Of a stretch of DNA of 39,026 nt, positions 24,209-35,174 are shown in pieces; the stretch's first letter is position 1, and every line of letters starts with the position of its first letter. Origin of the DNA: Chiloscyllium plagiosum (Eukaryota). The stretch spans positions 69,243,845-69,282,870 of the forward strand of contig NC_057719.1 in assembly GCF_004010195.1 (NCBI RefSeq), read 5' to 3'. The notes under the pieces are model-generated. The model searched no databases and was not told the DNA's origin. It saw only the letters and a program-made list of their open reading frames with translations. The translations under genes and the position numbers were made by a program.

Positions 24209-24229
24209 CCCCCCCCCCCCCCCCCTCCC
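24209..24229 (+). repeat. Poly-C run
   Basis: About 17 consecutive C followed by tccc. Confidence 0.9.
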
Positions 24230-24523
24230 ATATGCCTTCAGATTTCTCTACTCTACTCACCTCAATAATGGCTTCAATTTGAGTTTTGTTCATTAAACAC
24301 ACTTTGGAATCTATTATATTATTACATAATATATTATATTATATTCAGATTCACAGGCAGTAGAAACTTCCAATAATTATGTATGTTATGTCTTTGTACG
24401 ATGCAAAATCTCCTGTGGAGTATTTTACAATGTATACCATACAGTAGCTTTGGATAAGTGAATGTGGCTGGAATGATGTAGTATTAATTTAAAAAAAAAT
24501 TAATTCATGTTTTTTATTAGCAG

Positions 24524-24586
24524 ACTGGGGCCTCTGATCGACATTCTACCAAGGCAGAATTCTTCTAATGTTTCAGCGCTTTCAAA
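24524..24586 (+). CDS. Candidate 63 bp exon (phase 2 to 2, open)
   Basis: Acceptor tgttttttattagcag, donor AA|gtaagt; LGPLIDILPRQNSSNVSALS; phase matches the preceding candidate. Confidence 0.35.
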
Positions 24587-24677
24587 GTAAGTGCATGTTT
24601 GGAGCATAGGTATCTTTTAAATAAAATAATACATGTAATAAGAAACAATCAATCGAAATGAATAAAGAAAAAGTGAG

Positions 24678-24752
24678 TTAACAAGCTTGCATTTATATGG
24701 AATCTTGCACAACTTCTGGACATCCCAAAGCATTTTACAGCCAATTAAGTAA
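24678..24752 (-). mobile_element. DeuSINE/L2-type 3' tail fragment
   Basis: cttgcatttatatggaatcttgcacaacttctggacatcccaaagcattttacagccaattaagta is the reverse complement of the tail type at 17580-17650. Confidence 0.7.
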
Positions 24753-25233
24753 TCGTTTCCTGTAAAGGCAAAAGGTTGTTGTTTTTAGATTGGGCATCTC
24801 CTCATAATTTAAAGATATTTGGTATCTGTGTTTACTGTGGAGAAGTACATGGAAGATATAGATTGTGGTGACATCTTGAAAAATGTCCACATTACAGAGG
24901 AGGAAGTGCTGGATGTCTTATAAAACATAAAGGTGGATAAATCCCCAGGACCTGATCAGATGTATGCTCAAACTCAGTGGGAAGCGAGGGATGTGATTGC
25001 TGGGCCTCTTGCTGAGCTATTTGCATCATCAATAGTCACAGGTGAGGTGCCGGAAGACTGGAGGTTGGCTAATGTGGTGCCACTATTTAAGAAAGGTAAA
25101 CCTCCCCTTAATAAGGAAAAGCCAGGGAGCTATAAACTGGTGAGCCTAATATTGGTGGTGGGCAAGTTGTTTGAGGGAATCCGAGGGACAGGATTTACAT
25201 GTATTTGGAAAGGCAAGGACTTATTCAGGATAG

Positions 25234-25459
25234 AAGAAAGTGAGGACTGCAGATGCTGGAGACCAGAGTTGAAAAGTGTGGTGCTGGAAAAGCTCGGCAG
25301 GCCAGGCAGCATCCGAGGAGCAGGAGAATCGACATTTCGGGCATAAGCCCTTCTTCAGTCCTTCTTCCTGAAGAAGGGCTTATGCCCGAAACGTCGATTG
25401 TCCTGCTCCTTGGATGCTGCCTGGCCTGCTGAGCTTTTCCAGCACCACACGTTTCAACC
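25234..25459. mobile_element. Palindromic PLE-derived element with 14 bp TSD and two divergent hammerhead cores
   Basis: cttattcaggatag at 25220-25233 and 25460-25473; ~90 bp inverted arms (25268-25358 / 25368-25458). Confidence 0.92.
25368..25395 (+). ncRNA. Minimal hammerhead ribozyme core
   Basis: CTGAAGA-a-GGGC-ttat-GCCC-GAAA-CGTC: boxes CUGANGA and GAAA, perfect 4 bp stem II, GUC site; stem I partner unclear. Confidence 0.7.
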
Positions 25460-26081
25460 CTTATTCAGGATAGTTAACATGGATTTGTGAGTTGGAAATT
25501 GTGTCTCAATAATTTGACTGAGTTTTTTTGAACATGAGGATTGATGAGGGCAGAGCAGTGGATACGATCTATATGGACTTCAGTAAGGCATTCAACAAGG
25601 TTCCTCATGGGAGAACTGGTTTAGCAAGGTTAAATCACATAGAATACGGGGAGAACTAACCATTTGGATATAGAAATGGCTTGAAGGTAGAATACAGAGG
25701 GTGGTGGTGGAGGGTTGCTTTGCAGAATAGAGGCCTGTGACCAGTGGAGTTCCACAAGGATCGGTGCTGGGTCAACTGCTTTTCATCATTTATATAAATG
25801 ATTTGGATGTGAACATAGGAGGTACGGGTAGTAAGTTTGCAGATGACACCAAAATTGGAGATGTAGTGGACAGCGAAGAAGGGTATCTTAGAATACAATG
25901 GGATCTTGATCAGATGGGCCAAAGGGCAGAGGAGTGGCAGATGGAGTTTAATTTAGATAAATGTGAGATGCTGCATTTTGGAAAAGCAAACCAGAGCAAG
26001 ACTTATACATTTAATGGTAAGATCCGAGGGTGTGTTGCTGAACAAAGAGACCTTGGAGTGCAGGTTCATTGTTCTTTGAAA

Positions 26082-27301
26082 GTTTTGGATGTAGGTTTGC
26101 TCGCTGAGCTTGAGGGTTCATTTCGAGACGTTTCGTCACCCTACTATGTAACATCTTCAGCGGGCCTCAGGCGAAGCACTGCTAATAATTCTTGCTTCCA
26201 ATTATATGTTTCGGTTTCTTTGGGTTGGTGATGTCATTTCCTGTGGTGAAGTCACTTCCGGTTCCTTTTCTCAGTGGGTGGTAGATGGGGCCTAACTCGA
26301 TGTGTTTGTTGCTAGAGTTCCAATTGGACTGCCATGCTTCTAGGAATTGTCGTGCATGTCTTTGTTTGGCTTGTCCTAGGATGGATGTGTTGTCCTTCCT
26401 CATCTGTATGTAAGGATATTAGTGAGAGAGGGTCATGTCTTTTTGTGGCTAGTTGGTGTTCATGTATCCTGGTGGCTAGTTTTCTGCCTGTTTGTCCAAT
26501 GTAGTGCTTGTTCCAGTCCTTGCACTGTATTTTTTAAATGACATTAGTTTTGCTTGTTGTCGGCATAGGGTCTTTCAAGTTCATTAGCTGCTGTTTTAAT
26601 GTTTTGGTGGGTTTGTGGGCTACCATGATGCCAAGGGGTCTGAATAGTCTGGCAGTCATTTCTGAGATGCCTTTGATGTAAGGGAGAGTGGCTAAGGTTT
26701 CTGGACGTGTTTTGTCTGCTTGTTTGAGTTTGTTGCTGAGAAATTGGTGGACTGTGTTCATTGGGTACCCATTCTTTTTGAGTACACGGTATAAGTGATT
26801 TTCCTCTGCTCTGTGTAGTTCCCCTGTGCTGTAGTGTGTGTTGACTCATTGAAATAATGTTCTGATGCAGCTTCATTTGTGGATGTTGGGGTGATTTTTG
26901 GCTGCAAAATTTCCCAGTTGTATCTACGGAGTCTGTTGTGGGCATCATTAATCATTTCTCTCAGCATTCTGCAGCTGCTTTGCTCTGTTGTTCTTTTGGC
27001 TAGTGAGGTATTAAGGGGAGGTTTGTATTTAAGGCAGTTAGGTAGTACCTGTTTTCTTAGGCATTCATACAAGAAGTACAGCTGTTCGTGGGTGGCACTG
27101 TGTCAGATGGCATTTGTTTCCAAGTTTCGGGCCATTCTTAGCATATTGCGCCCATAAGTCTTTGAGAAGATTTTTTGTAGCTCAGGTTGAGGTTTTGGAT
27201 GTAAGTTTGCTCGCTGAGCTTGAGGGTTTATCTCCAGACATTTTGTCACCCTACTAGGTAACATCTTCAGTGAGCCTCAGGCGAAGCACTGCTAAAAATT
27301 C
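26082..27301 (-). mobile_element. Internally deleted Penelope-like element with two direct pseudo-LTRs
   Basis: ~110 bp direct repeats at 26082-26190 and 27192-27301; N-terminal ORF piece (26880-27150); TLPYIKGISE linker; NVI*KIQCKDWNKHYIGQTGRKLATRIHEH GIY-YIG; RT core missing. Confidence 0.92.
26127..26160 (-). ncRNA. Hammerhead ribozyme core in Penelope pLTR
   Basis: Minus strand CTGAAGA-t-gttac-atagtagg-gtgac-GAAA-CGTC; the other pLTR copy has decayed to ...gacAAAAtgtc. Confidence 0.75.
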
Positions 27302-30156
27302 CTTGGAAGCGGAGACGTAGCTAAACAGGATAGTGGAGGAGGAGTTTGGTATGCTTTCCTTTATTGGCTAGAGCATTGAGTATAGGAGTTTGGAGGTCAT
27401 GTTGCAACTGTACAGGACATTGGATAGGCCAGTTTTGGAATACTGTGTGCATTTTTTGTCACCCTCCTACTGGAAGGTTGTTGTGAAACTTCAAAGGATT
27501 CAGAAAGATTTACAAGGATGTTGCCAGGGTTGGAGGATTTGAGCTATAGGGAGAGGATGAATGGGCTGGGGCTGTTTTCCCTGGAGCGTTAGAGGTTGAT
27601 AAAATCATGACGGGTATGGATAGGGTAAATAGACAAAAGTCTTTTCCCTGGGGTGGGGGAGTCCAGAGCTAGAGGTCATTGGTTTAGAATGAGGGGGAAA
27701 AAATTAAACAGGAACCAAGGGGTAAGTTTCTCACACAAAAGTTAGTGCGTATATGGAATGACCTGCCAGAGGAAGTGGTGGAGGCTGGTACAATTACAAC
27801 ATTTAAAAGGCATCTGGATGGTATATGAATAGAAAGGGTTGAGAGGGATATGAGCCAAGTGCTGGCAAATGGGACTAGATTATGTTAGGATATGTGGTCG
27901 GCCTGGATGAGTTGGACTGAAGGGTTTGTTTCTGTGCTGTACATATCTCTGATTCTGTCATTCCCTTTCAGATAGCTGATGAATCTTGCATATTCCAACA
28001 TTTCTTGTTATTTCAGACTTCCTGTCTTCTTGTATTTTTCATTTTATTTTGTTGCCATTTGCAATGGCAATAAATGCAGTTCTAAATTGTCCAGATTATA
28101 TTCATCAATAAACCACACAAAGTCTGTAATGAGTATAATTTTAATCACAAACTCTGCTGCAAATACACTACAAACAAAGGAAAACAACCCTTTAACTTAG
28201 CAATTGCACCAATATAGTTCCAATCTGAAACTAAAGCACTATATCCATTCACACTCTCCAGATCAAAAGAGCCATCTGTGGAGAACATGGACAGGTCCAC
28301 AATCTAGGTGGAACCCTTCAACAGAATCCAAATGACTTACCTTGCACATGTGCAACATTTTCGATTGTTTTTCACTTCTGGCATTTGTTGTTTTGGTCTT
28401 TGTTTATATATTTTGATACACCTGCATGAATTTATTTTCACTTCATCTCTGTGGCCAGTGGGACACTAACATTGTACCCATGAAAAATAATTCTGCAATT
28501 AAGTCTTCACTGTCAATCTGGCGTGTCGGCTATACCCCGCACCTTACCTGGGGTGTAGATGAACAAGTAGCTGTATCTCCTTAATCTGAGACTGTACCCC
28601 TTAATTCTCAGTGGCACTTTTGTATTTCATTTGATCCTATCTGTGTGTGTAGTGGTTGTGATCTATTTTGACCTGGAATCTCAACCGTATGAGGTAGTCT
28701 GAGAAACATTCGCATCCCTATATAAACAGCTAATGCTTCATTGTCAATTGTAGCATATATCTGCTCTGTTTCTGTCAGTGCTCTTGATGCTACGTGTACA
28801 GGTTTCCTACTTACAGATAGATTTTACACCATGAAGTGCTGTGGTGAGGATCTATCATACAATGTGGGCATCACTCAGTCTTGCAACTAGATAGCAAGCA
28901 GTGAAAATCTGAAGAATCTTCAGACTCTCCTTTAAGAAAGCAGCTTGTGCAGATTTCAGTAGCTGGAAGAGCTGAAGTTTTACAAAGTCTGCAGAAAAGG
29001 AACGCATGGCAAAACTATTCACTCATAATAAGTGTTGCAGACTTGATAAGGGATGTGCAGATTTGTATGTCAGCTTCATTACTCCATTGAACTGGAATAT
29101 AATTCACTACAGTTGCTGATGCTACCTGTTGGAGGTTTTGAGAGTGCAGTTGAGATCCCTTATGGGAAAGGGAAATCTTTGAAAAAAAATCACAGGGGCT
29201 CGAGAACTGGGAAAAAGTAGTGCCCTTACAGTTTAAATCAATTGGAGCTGCCAATGGACAGATATTGCAAGATCCCGCTACAGTAAGGGGAATCAGTGGT
29301 CAATCATGTAATATAATGCAAGGTTGCAGACTTGGGCATTTTGTAAAGTCAAAAGTAAAGTAGTAAAGAAGGCCTTTAGAAGCTAAGCAGACAAAATCTC
29401 TTGAAAGTGGGAACAGGCAGGAAATCAATTCCTTAAAACCTTGGTAAAAGTTAGCAAATTTACAAAACTGCAGACTGATATGATCCAAGAAAAAAAACTG
29501 TAAAACAATGGAAATTTTGTACTACTAAAGTCAGAACAAAAAAAAACAACCAAAAGAATCCTATTCTTTTAGCAGATTTCATCTTGTAGAACCATTAAAG
29601 GTGAGAGTAATTCAGTAAAACTGTCAAGAAAATGAAATAGTTATGAAAACCATTGGTAGTAGAATACTTTTGGTACAGAATGTTAAAGTAAACAGGAATA
29701 GTTTACTTCAGTCACCATTAGTGAGATTCATCTAGCAAAGTCATGGAAAAAGACAGAAATCATTAATTTTTACTCACTTATAGAAAGTGGAAAAACAGTC
29801 ATTTAATTTGAAGGTGTGAATCCTCCATTTTGTCTGCATAGGCAGTAATAGTCTTTGGAGAAAGCCATTCAGATGGGTTATTCAGATTCTGGAAGCAACT
29901 CAGATCAACCTTATCGCAGGAGACCTGCAGAATTCATTCTTAATTTACAAAGCCCCAAAGACACATGTGCTATCAGTAAAGAGAGTAGCCAAATAACAGA
30001 TACTAAAGAGTCAGGGCCAGTGATATAAACAAGAAAATCTTGCAGGAAGCAATAGTCAGCTATTTTTAAAAATGATTTAGCTGTAAAAATATGAGTTTTA
30101 AAAAATGTTTTAATATAGGTCATAGTCACAGAGCAGCAAGAAGTCAAATAAGTGCT

Positions 30157-33100
30157 GGAGTCTGGTTGAAAGCTAAAAGGCAGGACAAGCAGAGAAGTAA
30201 TCTCAGGATTGCTACTGGTCCCAAGGGCTCGTGAGGCTCAGAACAGAGAGTGGGTGCTGATGAACATGTGGCTGCAAGGCTGGAGCAGGAGGGAGGGCTT
30301 CAAATATGTGGATCATTGGGATACCTTCTAGGGAAGGAGAGCACTGTACAAGAAGGATGGGTTGTACCTGAACTGGAGGGGCACCAATATCTCGGGTGGG
30401 AGATTTGCTAGAGCTCTTCAGGAGTGTTTAAAAACCAGAGCTATGGACTTGGATATCACAGGAGCAGGAACAGTTCTTGGATGCTCCAGGGTTTAGATGC
30501 TTCAAAAGGAATTGGGGTGGGGCAGGTGGAGGTAAAAGAGGTGGGAGAGTGGCATTGCTAATCAGGGATAGGATCACAGCTGCAGAAAGGGAGGTCATCG
30601 AGGAGGGTTTGTTTACAGAGTCAGTATGGGTGGAAGTCAGAATTAGGAAAGGAGCAGTCACTTTATTGGGAGTTTTCTACAGACTCCCCAATAGCAACAG
30701 AGACACAGAACAGAAGATTTGGAGGCAAATTTTGGAAAAGTGCAGGAGTAAGAGTGTTGTTGTCATGGGTGATGTTAACTTCCCTAATATTGATTGGAAC
30801 CTCCTTAGTTCAAGTAGATTGGATGGAGCAGTTTTTGTCATTTGTGTCCAGGAAGGATTTCTGTCTCAATGTGTAGATAGGCCGACTAGAGGGGAGGTCA
30901 TATTGGATTTGGTGCTTGCAACGAACCAGGCCAGGTGTCACATCTCTTGTTGGGACAGCATTTCGGTGATAGTGATTGCAACTCCATGACCTTTACTATA
31001 ATCATGGAGAGGGATAGGATCAGATGGTATGGGAAAGTATTCAATTGGGGGAGATGGAATTACAATGCTATTCGGCAGGAACTGGGACGCCTAAATTGGG
31101 AACAGATGTTCTCAGAAAAATGCATAACAGAAATGTGGAGGTTATTTAGGGAGCACTTGCTGATTGTGTTGGACAGGTTTGTCCCATTGAGGTAAGGAAA
31201 AGATGGTAGGGTGAAAGAACCTTGGGTGACAAGGGATGTAGAACATCTAGTCAAGAGGAAGAAGGAAGGTTACTTAAGGTTGAGGAAGAAATGATCAGAC
31301 AGAGCTCTAGAGGGTTACAAGATAGCTATGAAGGAACTGAAGAATGGACTTAGGAGAGTTAGAAGGGGGCATGAAAAAGCTTTAGCACATAGGAGTAAGG
31401 AAACCTTAAGGCATTCTACACTTATGTGAGGAACAAGAGGATGGCCAGAGTGAGGGTAAGGCCAATTTGGGATAGTGGAGAGAATTTGTGCCTGGAGTTG
31501 GAAGAGGTAGGGAAGGTTCTTAATGAATACTTTGCTTCAGCATTCACTACTGAGAGGGACCTTATTGTTTGTGAGGACAGCGTGAAACAGGTTGATATTT
31601 TTGAACATGTTGATGTTAAGAAGGAGGATGTGCTGAAAACTTTGAAAAACATAAGGATAGATATGTCCCCTGGGCCAGATGGATATACCCAAGATTACAA
31701 CAGGAAGTGAGAGAAGAGATTTTTGCACCTTTGCTGAACATCTTTGCATCCTCACTGTCCACTGGAGTAGTGCCAGATGACTGGAGGGTGGCAAATGTCA
31801 TTCCCTTGTTCAGGAAAGGGAATAGGGATAATCCTGGGAATTATAGACCAGTCAGTCTTATGTCTGTGGTGGACAAATTATTGGAGAGGATTCTGAGAGA
31901 CAGGATTTATGATTAATCAAACTATACTTCTCCAAGTATAGATAGTCAGCGTGGCTTTATGATGGGCAGGTCATGCCTCATAAGCCTTATTGAATCCTTT
32001 GAGGATGTAACAAAATGCATTGATTTAAGGTAGAGCAGTGGGTATGGTGTACATGGGTTTTAGCAAGGCATTTGATAAGGTTCCCCATGGTAGGCTAATT
32101 CAGAATGTAAAGATGCATGGGATACAGGGAAATCTGGTTGTATGGATACAGAATTTGCTGGCCCATAGAGATTGGTGGTAGATGGACAGTATTTAGCCTG
32201 GAGCTCAGTGATCAGTGGTGTCTGCAGGGATCTGTTCTGTGACCTCTGATTTTTGTGATTTTTATAAATGACTTGGATGAGGAATTGGAAGTGTGGGTTA
32301 ATAAGTTTGTTGATGACACAAAACGTTAGTGGAGTGGTGGATAGTGTGGAGGGTTGGAGGTTGCAACAGAACTTTGACAGGATGCAGAACTGGGCTGAAA
32401 AGTGGCGGATGGAGTTCAACCTGGAAAAATGTGATTCATTTTGGAAGGTTGAATTTGAATGCAGAATACATGGTTCAAAGGAGGATTTTTGGCAGTGTGG
32501 AGTAACAGAGAGATCTTGGGGTCCATGTCCATAGATCCCTCAAAGTTGCACCCATGTTGATAGGGTTGTTAAGATGGCATTTGTGTTGTCTTTCATTAGT
32601 GGGGGATTGAGTTTAAGAGCTGTGACATTATGCTGCAGCTCTGTGGAGCTCTGGTTAGACCACACTTGGAATATTGTGTTCAGTTCGGGTCGCCTCATTA
32701 TAAGAAGAATGTAGACGCTTTAAAGAGAGCGTAGAGGAGATTTACCAGGATGTTGCCTGGACTGGAGGGCATGTCTTCTGAAGAAAGATTGAGGGAGCTA
32801 GGGCTTTTCTCATTGGAGCGACAAAGAATGAGAGGTGACTTGATAGAGGTGTACAAGATGGCGAGAGGCACAGATAGAGTGGATAGTCAGAGACTTTTCC
32901 CCAGGGCAGAAATGGCTATCACATGGGGGTATAATTTTAAGGTGATTGGTGAAATGTTTAGGGGAGATATCAGAGGTAGGTTCTTTACATAGAGAGAGGT
33001 GGGTGATAGTAGAGTCAGATACATTAAGGACATTTAAATGACTCTTGGATAGGCACATGGATGATTGTAAAATTAAGGGTATGTAGATCTTAGAGTTTGA

Positions 33101-33177
33101 TCTTAGAGTAGGATAAAAGGTCAGCACAACATCAAGGGCTGAAGGGCCTGTACTGTTCTATGTTCTCTATGTTCTAC
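30157..33177 (+). mobile_element. CR1 LINE: ORF1 esterase C-terminus, ORF2 APE and RT, 3' UTR; multiple stops and frameshifts
   Basis: VISGLLLVPRA...DHW...KDGLYLNWRG (SGNH block V-like); GVFYRLPN, VMGDVNFP, ILDLVL, HFGDSDCN; DWRVANVIPLFRKG, NYRPVSL; (gttctat)n tail. Confidence 0.97.
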
Positions 33178-33689
33178 TCTCACACAATTCGTAAGCTACA
33201 GTTTACAGTATAAAAAAACCTAAAGAATTTGGAGGCAAGTACTTTAGAACTAAGTTTCTGGCTAGAAGGTATTTATATCAAAGGACATCGCACAAATTTT
33301 AAGCTTGTTACATGTGAGTGTCAGTATATTGAATGAAGAAAAAATATTTACAAATTACAGCAATGTGACTACACTGCCCAAGAAATATACCACTTAAAAT
33401 TAAAAGTATGCCACAAGCAACTTTGTAACACAAAAGAGCATCAGAGAATAGAGAACATACGCATTTTCAACCGAGAATTCACTTTTGAGCTTGAATGCTC
33501 GTCTTGCCCTCAAACGTCTTCAAAACGATGGAAACAGTTAAATTAGTTAACTTCAAGAAATAGCTGTAAAGAAACAGCCAGTCCTGTCACAACCATTTGC
33601 AGAACAACAAGGTGTGCTACTACTATTCAAGGAAAAGACAGTCAGTCATTGAACAACAAGTCAAAAGACATTTCAGTGAAAGGAAAACA

Positions 33690-33797
33690 GAAGAATAGGA
33701 ACAGTTTAGAAGCATGTGGGGTTAGCATGGATGGATATTTTGGTCAGAATGGTCCAGTTTGGGCTGAAGGGCCTGTCTCCATGCTGTATGACTCTCT
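33690..33797 (+). mobile_element. Short CR1 3' end
   Basis: aataggaacagtttaga...tttgggctgaagggcctgtctccatgctgtatgactct. Confidence 0.85.
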
Positions 33798-34198
33798 AAG
33801 ATTTTGTAAGGCTTCCTAGATTTGTGATAGAACTCAAAAGACAAAATCCATCCAGATTAGCTAATTTGGCACAACAGAATTATTTCATAACAGGTCAGAA
33901 ATGACTGTACATGGTTAGCAAAACATGTTCTCTACTCCTATTGACATTGAAGATAGTTTAGAATCAAAATAAGCAAAGTTTATGGGGAAATAAATGATCA
34001 GAGAGCTAATGAGCAGTATATTCTCTTGAAATTCATTGATAAGCCTGTAACTGAAGACTCCAACACAGTTTGGTGAACAGATTCGAAAGACAGGCCTGAC
34101 TTTGATGTCAGATGCTGAGAAGAAGCCAGTTCAAGCAGAACATTTAATTTATTTCACTTTCCAGAGAAATAAAAATATCTGCAGTATCAGTCACTAAG

Positions 34199-34580
34199 AT
34201 CTTATAGATGTTTATAAAATCATGAGAGGCGTGAATAGGATAAATAGACAAAGTCTTTTCCCTGGGGTGGGGGAGTCCAGAACTAGAGGGCATTGGTTTA
34301 GGTTGAGAGGGGAAAGATATAAAAGAGACCTAAGGGGCAACTTTTTCACGCCGAGGGTGATGCGTGTGTGGAATGAGCTGCCAGAGGATGTGGTGGAGGC
34401 TGGTACAATTGCAACATTTAAAAGGCATATGGATGGACATATGAATAGGAAGGGTTTGGAGGGATATGGGCCAGGTGCTCACAGGTGGGACTGGATTGGG
34501 TTGGGATATCTGCTTGGCGTGGATGAGTTGGACCGAAGGGTCTGTTTCCACACTGTGCATCTCTATGACTTTATGACTCT
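34199..34580 (+). mobile_element. CR1 3' fragment
   Basis: RTRGHWFRLRGERYKRDLRGNFFTPRVMRVWNELP; tail ctctatgactttatgactct. Confidence 0.95.
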
Positions 34581-35174
34581 GAGCATACTGGTTTAACCAA
34601 ACTTAGTAATTCAGTCACTAAGGGAAATGAAAAATTCAAGCCCATGAACAAGTTGAGGTGATGAGCCTACTCACTTCAGCAGATATTCCAGGAGTTTGAG
34701 AATAAAATACATTTCACACTGATTGAAAATGTAATGCTTACAACACCATGGAAGCTCCTACCAAGATGGGGCAACCATTGTCCACAGATTCCAGACATGA
34801 CGAAGACAAAATTTGCCCAAATTCAGAGATCTAGATTACTGCAGGAAAGAAAGCACCTATTTCAACAAGGACAATTATTCACCACAAAGTGAAATTGAGG
34901 TTTTGTCCTTCAGAAATTGTAGAAGAGCAATTTCCTGTTTGACAGGAAAGTCATTCTGTGAAAGAAATCTAAGAGATTAAAAACAAAATAGTTCTTCATT
35001 GTAAAAAGACTTTGGACTTTTGTCTGTCTCAGGAACAGAATCAATCCAGAATCCTTGCATGTCTGAGTAGACGGTCTTCAGATAGTATAGCAAAACCTTC
35101 AGACTGCCTGTGCTTGAAGTCAGAGACTTGTGGGGAGATGGGGTTTAGTTAATCAAAAAAAAGGTTTGGAGGGA

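Larger units (their letters stand above)
24811..27956 (+). mobile_element. 5'-truncated CR1 LINE carrying two nested Penelope-type insertions
   Basis: KSPGPD, VPEDWRLANVVPLFKKG, GVPQGSVLG, KFADDTK; resumes after 25459 and after ~27300; CR1 3' tail. Confidence 0.97.
28817..35170 (+). pseudogene. Candidate very large decayed exon, interrupted by three CR1 insertions
   Basis: Acceptor gtttcctacttacag; purine-rich non-repeat segments 28817-30156, 33178-33690, 33798-34198, 34623-35170; peptides ENLKNLQTLL*ESSLCRFQ*LEEL, LKNLEASTLELSFWLEG...KLQQCDYTAQEIYHLKLKV, SEIVEEQFPV*QESHSVKEI*EIKNKI. Confidence 0.35.

Noticed and set aside
28290..28400. Minus-strand donor AAG|GTAAGT at ~28340
   Set aside because: Lies in what looks like a decayed PLE-associated arm; no supporting exon.
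28540..28720. Minus-strand donor CAG|GTAAGG with an upstream AG
   Set aside because: All three frames have stops and part resembles a CR1 fragment (RIKGYSLRLR).
29305..29350. Possible gag zinc knuckle (C...C.LGHF)
   Set aside because: Spacing does not fit CX2CX4HX4C and there is no other gag context.
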